DNA of 64,000 nucleotides from Piromyces finnis finn. Taxonomy: Eukaryota; Fungi; Neocallimastigomycota. Under the pieces are notes generated by a model that saw only the letters and a program-made list of their open reading frames with translations, was not told where the DNA came from and made no database searches. Position 1 is the first letter of the stretch. Each line of letters starts with the position of its first letter. The translations under genes were made by a program, and so were the position numbers. The stretch covers positions 186,001 to 250,000 of the forward strand of contig MCFH01000061.1 of the NCBI GenBank assembly GCA_002104945.1. Reading direction: 5' to 3'. Of this stretch, positions 52,767 to 64,000 are shown piece after piece.

Positions 52767-54128
52767 TTAACAGGAATTCTTAATACTACACCAGTTATCA
52801 TATAGAACACCCCAACGATTACCATCTTCTTCAGTTAAGAAAACGTCGCAAGTTGGGCAACATGGATAATCTGGATAACCTAAACATGAATCTTTAGTGT
52901 TTTTTGAATGAGAGCAAGAAGATGGTATACCACACCATTCACCATTTTCAGAACCCCATTCGGATCCATCATTAAGAATGACAGTACAAGTATATTTACA
53001 ACATGGGTAATTTGGTTCAGACCAACATTCATTACTATTATTTTGTTTTAAAGCACTAGAAAGTTGTTTAAATAATTCGCCAATTGCAGGATTCTTGAAA
53101 ACTAATTTTTCACGATCAAAGTATTGTCCAGCATCCCAAAGACATGGAACCATACCAAAGGAGGAAGTAGTTTTAGCAACAGTTTTCAACCATCTAATAA
53201 CACTAGCTGGTTCCTTATTAGTTATAGCAGTACCATATTCACCAACAATTATTGGAATACCTTTATCAATAAAGTTCTTTTTTATTTTTTTAAGTTCATC
53301 AACAAGGTAATTAATTTCTTTTTCTGTACCCCAAGAGTATGCAGCTTTTCCCCAATCAGCATCTTCTTCAAGAATGGTAAATGTAGATGGACCGTAGTAA
53401 TGAACAGAAATCATTACTCTATCATCTTTTGGAATAACATATAATTCATCACTAGTTAAATCAAGACTAGTGCAATAACCAGCTAAAAGTAAGTGTCTTT
53501 TCGCATTATTTTCGCTAGAATTACGGAAAATATCAACAAATTCTTGGTTAATATTATTCAAAAGGTTAAAAGCCTTTTTCTTATCCCCTTGATTACTCCA
53601 TTGATTCCATATTTCATCCCAACAACCTTCTTCATTTAAAGATTCGAAAACCAAATGTTCATCATAATCTTTAAAATATTGAGATATTTGACCCCAAATA
53701 CTTGTATATTTTTTGAAAGCTTCTTTTTCATTAGTAGCGAATTTTGTAAACCATCCCATATCCCAATGAATGTTAACAATAGCGTACATATCATTATTAA
53801 CAATATAATCAACAACTTCTTTAACCCTAGAAAGTAATAATGGATTGATAATATAATTATCCAACATAAGATTACTCCAAGCAACTGGAACACGGACAGT
53901 ATTAAATCCATAACTTTTAACACCCTTTATTATTTCCTCAGTGGTAACTGGATTACCCCATGCTGTTTCATATTGTTTAACAGTACTACCATTAATCCAA
54001 TCACCACAAGCTTCTAAAGTATTTCCTAAATTCCATCCAAATCCCATTTCTTTAATTACTTCTTGAGTAGTTAAAGAAAAGGTTGCACAGGTATAACTCA
54101 AAAGGAGAAGAATATAATTTAGTTTCAT
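52767..54128 (-). CDS. Secreted GH5 (probably subfamily 4) endoglucanase with two C-terminal fungal dockerin (CBM10-like) domains; intronless
   Basis: Signal peptide MKLNYILLLLSYTCATFS (likely ATG at 54128); MGFGWNLGNTLE, VRVPVAW, NIHWD, FESLNE (acid/base), SVHYY, VGEYG (nucleophile); two Cys-rich YPCC...WG...WC repeats. Confidence 0.93.
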   Translation of the reverse strand: MKLNYILLLLSYTCATFSLTTQEVIKEMGFGWNLGNTLEACGDWINGSTVKQYETAWGNPVTTEEIIKGVKSYGFNTVRVPVAWSNLMLDNYIINPLLLSRVKEVVDYIVNNDMYAIVNIHWDMGWFTKFATNEKEAFKKYTSIWGQISQYFKDYDEHLVFESLNEEGCWDEIWNQWSNQGDKKKAFNLLNNINQEFVDIFRNSSENNAKRHLLLAGYCTSLDLTSDELYVIPKDDRVMISVHYYGPSTFTILEEDADWGKAAYSWGTEKEINYLVDELKKIKKNFIDKGIPIIVGEYGTAITNKEPASVIRWLKTVAKTTSSFGMVPCLWDAGQYFDREKLVFKNPAIGELFKQLSSALKQNNSNECWSEPNYPCCKYTCTVILNDGSEWGSENGEWCGIPSSCSHSKNTKDSCLGYPDYPCCPTCDVFLTEEDGNRWGVLYDNWCSIKNSC

Positions 54129-56479
54129 TTTTTTTATTGTTATATTTTGCTTTACTATTTCCCAGAAATTTAAAACAAAAATATTTATTTTAAACGAAAA
54201 AATTATCATGAATAATTTTACTTTTTATATTTTATTTCAATTTATGTAGACCAAAAATGTTTCCTTTTTTTTTTATACATATTTAATTTTTACGTATGTT
54301 TTTTTTATTTTCTTTATTTGAATGATAAAAATATAAAAAAAATGAATCATTATTAATTCTATTTATTATTAGTATTCATTTATTTTTTAAGTTGATGATC
54401 ATCATAATTTTAAATTAATTCTTTAAATGATAATTCAAAAAATGCATTGAATTAACTTTTTTTCTTTTATTTTATAATTTAATAATCCATTATGTGAAAT
54501 AGAATGATTATCTATGTAACTGATGTATTTCTTCTCTCATTTATTAAAATATTTTTTTATTGTAAAAAAAAAAAAAGGTAAATAATTAAATAATTTGTAT
54601 CTTTTACCTTTTTATTTACATTATTTATTAATGATTAGTGATAATTGTTATTAATATGCTCTTTTTTTTTTATTACTATTCCAATAGTAAAAAGTGGGTG
54701 ATAAAAAATGAAATAAAATAAAAATGGATATTTTTTCATAATATTTAAGGTTTATATATTTAATTAAATATAAAAACAATATTTAAAAAAAAAAAAAAAA
54801 GAAATAAAAAAATTTTCATTGTTAACTAAAAATATATATTTTTTTAATTAGTAATGTTACACGAATTAATTTGATTTTTCTTGTTGAAGAAGGGAAATTT
54901 TTAATTTAATTCATATCAACAATAAAATTTTTGAAATGATTAATGAGAATTAGAACAATAAAGTTTATTTCTTTTTAATTAAATATGATTGTTGAGTAAT
55001 GTGTATAATGTGTATATGTTTACTATGTTTACTGACTAATTAAATTAATTACAAATTAATATATCAAGTATCTCTAACTATATTTATTAATTATTATGAT
55101 AATTTATTATTATTAATTATTATCAATTAAAAATTAAAATGTTTTTTTTTATTTAATAAAAGAATCCAATGTAAATGTGATGGTTAATGGGGAACAAATT
55201 ATAATATTTATATTTAATATAATATTTAATGTAGGATGGATGATGGAGGATGACATATTAATAATATTCAATATTTATTTTGTTTTCCATATAATAAATT
55301 ATTATTAATATTTATTTCATTATATATAAATAATTTAGTCATTTATTTACTTATTATGATAAGTTTTTAATTCAAAAAAAAAAAAAAAGTAAAATTATAT
55401 ATATATTTCAATCAATAGTGTGACTATTGACTTAAGTTTTTAAAGTAAAATTTTATATTTCAATGCATTTTTGGGTGCATTCTTTACTTTTTTTTTTTAT
55501 TTTTTAAAAATATTTTCTAAATTCTCATAGCTATTTAATTTAATATTTAAATATAAAGGATTCATTATCTTTAACATATTATATATTTTATGCCGTTAAA
55601 CTTTAAAAAAGATATTTAGTATAAATATATTGCAATTAAATTAATAATATAATTTTTATATTAATAGATAGTATTAAAATAATAATAATAATATTTTATG
55701 AATAGAATTGCCTTTTTAAAAGTCAATAAAAAGGTAATAATTTTAAAATAATACAATGGAAAAGATATTGAATCGGTCAACATTTTTAATAGACATATAA
55801 TGTTTTATACAATGTATTCCAACACCATATTTTTAATAATATATAACTTATATATAAAGTATTTCCATAAAATATATAAAATATATGATTAATATTAAAT
55901 AATTTAATTTTTTAAAAAAAAAAAGATATTAAAAAATCCTTTTTAAAGTGGTTAAGCTAATCTAATTATTTGAAAATAATGTATTCTATTTATTTAATTT
56001 TTCAATCTTCGAAATTTGAATTTCGTAGCATTATTTAATGTATCGTATATTAATTGTTGTACTTTTAATTTTAAATATAATTGTTTTTAAGATAATAAAA
56101 ACTGATTTATATATATAATTATATTATTAATGTCTAAGATTTTTTATTAGTTTTTTTTGATATTTATTTTTTATTTATTATGTAAAATAATATAATATGA
56201 AAAAAATGAATGTAATGTATTATTAATTATGACATAATAAATGGTCAATCTTTTTAAGCGGAAATTCAAATCCATTCTTTCCGATTTAACTATAATTTTA
56301 ATTTGGATTATTAATATTTTAATTAAATTTTATTTTTAAAAATTAATATATATATAAGCTTTTCATTTATTCTTTTCATTCTTTATTTTTGAATTTTTAT
56401 ATTATTAAAATAAAAGTAATATATTATGTTAATTGAAATTTAAAATTTACAAATAATTAAAAAGTTTCTTTTTTTATAA

Positions 56480-56481
<2 letters not shown>

Positions 56482-56529
<48 letters not shown>
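56482..56529. repeat. (AAT)n microsatellite immediately before the esterase start codon
   Basis: Direct reading of the sequence. Confidence 0.85.
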
Positions 56530-56531
<2 letters not shown>

Positions 56532-57384
56532 GAATGGTTTTCAAATAAAAACTTATTCTTTAGATTATCATGGAACAATATATTCCTATCTTCCGCCTAG
56601 TTTCAATACTACAAATAAAAAATACCCACTGGTCATGGCATTATGTTGCACAACAGGTAACCCACAAGGAGAAGTGATATCGAACGGATGGGATAGAATT
56701 GTAGAAGAAGAAGATATAATAGTAGTATCTCCTACTTATAATAATTATGCAACATATTCCGAAACTAAATATATTAAATCTGTTATAGATGATGCCATTC
56801 AAAGATATCCTATTGATACCGAACGTATATATTCCACTGGATTTTCTAATGGTGGAGCTCTTTCCGTTGCGATGGTAAGCACGTATCCAACTTTATTAGC
56901 AGGAATATCAGCTATGGGATGGATGATTAGTATGAATAAAAATAATCATTTTGATGATAAAATTCCATTTTTATTAATTCAAGGTACAAAGGAATACACC
57001 CAAAAAACAGAATCTGGAGATATGGCTATTATGGATGATGAAATAGCAGCATTAGATGATCTTTTTACCTATAATAATATGAAAGAAAAGGATATCAAAC
57101 CAGACTATAAAAGAGTTCCTTTTTGGGGATATGAACCTGATAAAAAGGAAATAAAATATATTGATCATAAAGATTATGAATGGGATGGAAAATTTATAAA
57201 AAATAAAACTAATGTTAAATGGGAAATAAATTATTTTTATGCTGATAATTTTAAAAGACCTTTTGCAGAACTTATACTAGTAAATGAATCTAAGCATACT
57301 CCACATGATTGTAATGCTCGGTTTGCCTGGAATTTCTTTAGTGGATTTAAACGAACCAAAGAAGGAAAATTAATTGAAGAATAA
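56530..57384 (+). CDS. Alpha/beta-hydrolase esterase (PHB-depolymerase/LpqC or CE1-like), intronless, no signal peptide
   Basis: YLPPSF...KYPLVMAL, IVVSP, PIDTERIYSTGFSNGG nucleophile elbow, C-terminal His (KHTPH). Confidence 0.85.
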
Positions 57385-58326
57385 TTGTATACCATATAAA
57401 TATTTAAAAAGATAAAGACTATTAATTTACTCAATACTAGTTATATAAAATTTTATATTAATATATTTGTAGAATCTATAAACTTCATCTATAGTTAAAT
57501 TAATTTTTATAAAAGTTAATATGAATACTGTCACTCTTTTAAATCAAAATAATACTGTTAATTTATGGGTTTTTGTGATGGATTGAAAACTAGTTATAAA
57601 AAATAATAAAAGTTTTTAAAAAACTATTTTATATTATTATTATTATTTATATTGTTAAATTGTAATATTATTCCTTCCTTTGGTTATTTTAAAAACTGGT
57701 TATCTATGAATTTTTAATATATATTATTATTATTTTTAGTATTTTCTATTATTTGAACAATATTGTAATGTACTAAGGTTTTTTTTTAATATTACAATCT
57801 ATATTTTTATGAAAAATCTACTTTTAATATCTAGGTAAGAGTTAATTGTAATTATTTAAATTTAAAGAATATTTTCATTTTTGTATTTATAATAAAATTT
57901 TATTTGTTAAGTTTAATAAGTTTTTTTTTTTATTTATTTGTAATTATTATTTCAATTGATATTAATATTTAATCTTTTTATAGAGATCAATAAATAAACA
58001 ATTCAATTGTTACAACTATATACTTTTACTTAATAATTAGTTAGGGTTAGTTTTTATTGATTGTACTTTATCATTTATACTTTTTTATTTTAATTTGAAT
58101 AAATAAATTCATAGTATTTATTTAAATAAATAAATTAATAAATAAATTAATAAATAACTAATATGATAACAAAATATATAAATATATATATTTTTATTGT
58201 TAAGAAGAAGAAGAAAAAAAAAACAAACAAAAAAAAAAAACAATAACAACAACTTTATATTTTATTCTATTAATAATTTAAAAAAATAATTTGATTTTTT
58301 TTTTTTGATATATATATATATTAATT

Positions 58327-60479
58327 TTAATAATAATTTTTATGATATTCGTTTGATATAATATTTACAACAGAATATTCATCATTGTCATCATCATCAT
58401 CATTATCAGAATCACTTTCATCTTCAATTACTATTGATTCATCAATTTCGATAGGTATATCATCATCTAATGTATCTAATAAATCTGACTGTGTTGATTC
58501 ACTTTGAACCTCATCTGAGATTATAGTGTCACTTTTGTAATCATTATATTGTTTTATGTCATCATCGTCATCATCATTATTAATTATTATATTCTTGATA
58601 GAATATTGAAAATTTTCATCTAAATAAGTTGAATCACATTCTAAATGGTAATAATCACAAACATATCTATATTTTATAAGAATCCAATACTTTAATCCAT
58701 ATGATTCTCTATCTGAATATCCATTAGTAAATTCAGAATAAGCATCCCATTGTTCTAAAGTAAAATGATCATAATCACTATTACTATTAATACTACCAGG
58801 ATAATTACCATTAGTATCTTTTATTTTATCTAATATAACATACGGTTTAATATACTTTTTAATTTCATCAATATATGGATAAAGTATTGCTGGATTAAAA
58901 ACTTTACTTACAACTTCACTTAATATTTTCTCAAATCCTGATGAATCATTGAAAATTAATACTTCCATGAGATGAATATCTCTAATAGTATTTGTAATTG
59001 ATGATCTTAAAAACCCCATATCTTGACCAAAATCATGATCAAAATCATAAGATAAATAAATCCATTTACCATTTGGTTGTTTATACATATAATAATTATG
59101 GGTGTTTTGAATGTGATCATATGCTCCTGTTAAGTAATCAATTGCCATTTCATATAAGAAATGATCAATTTCAAAAATATCTTCAAGATCTGTAGCTGAT
59201 TTAGCATTTTTAACAGCTGTTAAGAATTCAATCCATTCTGAATTATTGTTAATTTCTTCTTCATTTTCATTAGAACATCCAAAAGAATACTCTGGTAATA
59301 AATCGTACATATAATCACATTTATATAAATTTTTGGTGTTCTTTTCACCATAAACCTCTTCAATCCATGATAATTTATAATCATCATTAAATATATACAA
59401 TCCCATAAATTCATCATTAATGTAAAGTTGAACGTAGGTGGATGAAACGGATTTTAATCCTAAACGATTGTGAATATCTGAAATTAATTTTGTTCTCATA
59501 ATAGTTGGATCATTACAATCAGCACGAAGTTTAAATTGACTACGACCATATAAATTGCCATTACCTCTAATTTTTATATTATATGCCGGTTTTGAGAATA
59601 AACGAGAGTAATCACCACCTAATTTAAAAGTTACTTTATCAAATAACTTTTGTTCTCTATAATAATATATTTTTATTATTAAAAGGCAAAAAATAAAGAA
59701 TTTTATTATTAGATATATTAAATTTTTATTTATATATTAATTATTATTGGATATTTTAACAATTGAAAAAAAAAAAAATAATTACTCATGAAGTTCAAAA
59801 ATTATTGAGGCATTTTTAGTTTTGAAGTTAGAAGAGGTTTTCACAGTTCTTGATACTAGTTTATTATTACTGGTAGTATATATATTATTCATTTTACTAA
59901 TAAATAATGGAATATCTTCTTTCATAATTGATTTTTCAGTAGTCATTAAATCAATAAATTCATTATTCAAACTTTTATAATTTACTGATGAATTGATTTC
60001 TTCTACGTTAGAAGTTCCATACTTTTTTAAAGAAGAGATAGTATTAATTATTTTTATTAGATTAAAATCCGTATTACTTTCCATAATATAATTCATTTTT
60101 TCTTCTTCTTCCCAATTCTCGTTAATATTTTTATGATTAAAATCAAACCCAGCCAATACTTCATCTTCAATAAAAGTTGGATAACCATCCTTTCCTATTT
60201 TTAATTCAGGAAGGATTGTATCATAATCATAGCCAGGATAGGTCACATTAAAATTAACTTTCTTTATATCAATCATATATATATTTATAAAATCTATCAT
60301 ATAAGAAATAATTTTTATAGTACTGAAACTATAGTCGACGTTTACAGCTTTTTTTAATTCTATAAATTCTTCTTCAGATATATATACTTTTAAATTTGGC
60401 ATTTCATTATCTGTTATTTCAAATAATTCTGCTCTTTTACCTTTATCAATGAAAGTGGATACAGTCAAAACACTGTAAA
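58327..60479 (-). CDS. cotH: CotH-family kinase paralog 1. Exons about 60479-59786 and 59656-58327, intron 59785-59657; first exon not resolved
   Basis: KLRADCNDPTIMR, GLY, YLTGAYDH, NYY, YDFDHDFG. The GT...AG intron joins FELHE to EQKLFDKVTFKLGG in frame; acidic tail. Confidence 0.85.
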
Positions 60480-60484
60480 CTAGA

Positions 60485-60486
<2 letters not shown>

Positions 60487-60564
<78 letters not shown>

Positions 60565-60612
60565 ATTGTTGTTGTTGTTGTTATTGTTGTTGTTGTTGTT
60601 GTTGTTGTTGTT
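60487..60612. repeat. Compound (AAC)n(AAT)n microsatellite (minus strand), probably within a CotH1 intron
   Basis: Direct reading; followed on minus by a CTAG acceptor-like site at 60480. Confidence 0.85.
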
Positions 60613-61878
60613 TTTTAAAATAAAATATATATTTATTAAATAAAAATTAAAGTTAATACATTTGGAATTACTACTCAAAGTTACTATTTTGTATATATTG
60701 TAATGGAATTGAAATTTTTTTTAACTTTTATTTTATTCTAATAATGTTTCTGTAATATAAAAGTATTATACATACCACTACAGCATAATAAAATTAATAA
60801 ATTTTTTATTATCATTTTTTATTATATTTATTTTTAAAGGTTTAATTTTTAAACGTTAAGTTTTTATTATTTTATATTTTACTTTTTTAAAATTTATTTA
60901 TATTCATTTTTATTTTATTTTATTTAATTTTATTATTTTATTTTATTTTATTTTTTTTATTTCATTTTTATTTTATTTTATTAAAACTATATGGTTGGTC
61001 ATTTTAATTAGTTTATATACTTTATATTTATTTGTTTTTGTTTTTTTTTTTCCTTTTTTTTAATTCAAATTTAATTTTTATTTAAACCAATAACTTAATT
61101 TTTAGAATGTAAATCAGTTTTAAGTTACACATATTTGTGTATTTTAGACTAATTTAATTTAAATAAAATTCCTTATCCTTCAATCATTTTCATTTATTTT
61201 CTTGTAAAATGCGGTACAAAAAAAAGAAATATATTTAAATTAAAAATTTCAAAAATTATTAATTTAATTTATTAATTTTTATTTTTTAGTTTGATGAAAC
61301 ATTAAATAAAAAAAAATATTAATATTTAATTAAAAAAAAAAAAATGAACAAAATAAATAATTAAAATGATTTAATTATAAAATTTAATATAATTATACAG
61401 AAATTACAAAATATGAATATGAAAAAAAAATATTAATGATTTGTTAGTAAACTAAAATAATAATAAACTATTTTCCTAATAACATCATTTCTTTTATCAT
61501 ACGAGATGTCATGTTTATTAATATTAAAATTCTCTTTACTAGTCAATATTATTATATTGACTTCAAAAATATAAATGTTCCTTACTCTATAATATTGCAA
61601 TGTGTAATATCATAAAACAATGTAAAATCGTTAAATGAGAAAAAAAAAATAAAAATAAATAATACAGAAATTAGAGTTACAAAAAAAAGTATATAATAAA
61701 ATAATTTTTAACATATTAATTGCTTATATAAATTCGTTTTAATTTATTTTTATAATTATGTATTTTTTTAAATATTACTTAATTTATTATTTCTATTATA
61801 TAATATATTAATATTAATAAAATATTGATTTTTATAATTTGGAAAATATATATATATATTTTATTCATTGTTATTAAT

Positions 61879-64000
61879 TTAATTTATGATAGTACTGCGA
61901 ATCATCATAACAGTTTTAGTGATAGTTTTAATTTCATTTGTTGAAGTGGTGACATAATCTTCATCTTCAGAATCACTATCATCAATAGATGTTGGTTCTT
62001 CAACTTCAACTTCAAAAGCTTCATCATCAGAAATATATTCTACTTCGGTTGGTGTTGGTTCAACATCTGTAGAACTAGTTTGAGTTTCAATAAATGAATC
62101 AGAATAAGATTCAGTTGGATCTTCAATTGAAGTGATTACTGATGTTTCAATAAAAGTTTCAGTTGCTTCTTCAATTGAAGTGCTTACTGATGTTTCAATA
62201 AAAATTTCAGTTGGTTCTTCAATTAAAGTGATTACTGATGTTTCAATAAAAGTTTCAGTTTCAATAAAAGTTTCAGTTGGTTCTTCAATTGAAGTGCTTA
62301 CTGATGTTTCAATAAAAGTTGAAGTTTCAATTGGGAAATAATCAAAATAATCCATAGTATCATAATCAGCATTATGAAGTTCTTCAACAACTTGATATTC
62401 ATAATTCTTATCTAAATATGTTGAATCGCATTCTAATTGATAATAATTACAAACAAATCTGTATTTCATAAGAATCCAATACTTTAACCCATAAGAGATC
62501 ATATCTGAATAACCATTTGTAAATTCAGAAAAAGCATCCCATTGTTCTAAAGAATAGTTTTTATTACCACTGTCAATATTAAAATGACCAGGATAGTTTC
62601 CATTGGCATCTGGTGTCTTGTCTAATATAACATATGGTTTAATATACTCCTTTATTTCATCAATATGGGAATAAAGTGTTGATGGATTGAAAACTTTACT
62701 AACAACTTCACCTAATATTTTTTCAAATCTAGCGGAATCAGTTGTTACAAATAACTCCAAGAGATGATTTCCTTCAGTAGTATAGTCATAAGATGAATAC
62801 AAAAAATGACTAAATCCTTGTCCAAAATCATGATCAAAATCATGAGATAAATAAATCCATTTACCATTTGGCTGTTTATACATATAGTAATTATGATTAT
62901 ATTGAATATGGTCGAAAGAACCTGTTAAATAATCAATTGCCATTTCATACAAGAAATGATCAATTTCAAAAATATCTTCAAGATCTGCAGCTGATTTAGC
63001 ATTTTCAACTGCTGTTAAAAAGTCAATCCATTCTGAATTATCGTTCATTTCTTCTTCATTTTCATTAGTACATCCATCATAATATTGTGGTAATAAATCC
63101 TCTATTTTATCACATTTATATAAATTTTTGGCATTTTTTTCACCATAAATTTTTTCAACCCATGATAACTTATAATCATCATTAAATGTATACAATCCCA
63201 TAAATTCATCATTAATATAAAGTTGAGCGTAGGTAGATGAAACGGATTTTAATCCTAAACGATTGTGAATATCTGAAATTAATTTTGTTCTCATAATAGT
63301 TGGATCATTACAATCAGCACGAAGTTTTAATTGAGTATATCCGTAAAGATCCTTTTTACCTCTAATTTTTATATTAAAACCTGGTTTTTGGAAGTATCTT
63401 GAGTAAGCTCCACCTAACTTGAGTGTTATTTTATCAAAGTTTTTTTGTTCTCTACAAATATATATAGTACAAAAAAATATATTATAATGAAAATAAATAT
63501 TAATTTCATACATTTTAATAAATCAAAAAATTTATTATTTAATTAATTAATATTAATAATATAATAATTTTATATTTGAATTATTGCTGAATTACCCGTC
63601 TAATTCAAAAATCATAGTAGCATTTTTTGTTTTGAATTCAGTTGTTGCTCTATTATCAGGGTTAAGAGTTGTACTACTTACTACGGAACGTAAAAGATTG
63701 GTATATTCTTCTTTCTTAGCAGCTGAGGTACTTAATGAGTTTATTGTATTGATAATATTATATAAAGGAAAATTCTTATTACTTGATAAAACATGCATCA
63801 TTTTTTCATTATCCTTTTTATAAATATTAATATGTTCCATATTATAATCAAATCCAGCTTTTATTTCATCTTCATCATAAGTAGAAAAACCATCATCTCC
63901 TACTTTTAATTCTGGAAGTATCTCATCAAAGTTATAACCTGGAAATATTTCTTTGAAATTTACTTTTTTGTAAAAAGTTACATAAATTTCGATATTATAT
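61879..64000 (-). CDS. cotH: CotH-family kinase paralog 2, 5' end beyond the window. Intron 63595-63452; Thr/Glu-rich repeat tail
   Basis: Same motifs and same phase-2 intron position as paralog 1 (FELDG|EQKNFDK); the frame stays open to 64000; ETSVSTSIEEPTETF repeats. Confidence 0.88.

Noticed and set aside
60480-60678. Poly-Asn N-terminus of CotH paralog 1
   Set aside because: The ORF starts at TTG and lacks a signal peptide; an AG acceptor at 60480 suggests the microsatellite is intronic.

Overview
Very AT-rich eukaryotic DNA, most consistent with an anaerobic gut fungus (Neocallimastigomycota), inferred from a GH5 carrying fungal dockerins and from tandem CotH genes. About 1.1-51 kb is one continuous pile of Ty3/gypsy LTR retrotransposons and solo LTRs, starting 14 bp upstream of a tRNA-Cys(GCA) gene. 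My element labels are: E (small, non-coding), G and F (tRNA-Ala-primed, -1 frameshifting), D (decayed, gag-protease only), C (chromodomain), A and B (no chromodomain, nested in the first 10 bp of C's 5' LTR), and solo LTRs J, K, L1-L3, H, I and M. The right 12 kb holds a GH5 endoglucanase with two dockerins, an alpha/beta-hydrolase esterase and two CotH-kinase paralogs. The main signal is that insertion sites are strongly non-random. Nine LTR-LTR junctions have only 3-5 bp spacers, and five insertions lie about 50 bp inside an LTR end. C's LTR carries a Pol III A-box/B-box pair, with two independent insertions 16-17 bp upstream of its tRNA-equivalent +1. This suggests Pol III-directed targeting with an LTR-borne decoy target, which is an inference. 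A, B and C also show Tf1-type self-priming complementarity. G and D share a covarying frameshift pseudoknot, weaker in F. All alignments were done by eye; boundaries of single-copy LTRs are tentative.
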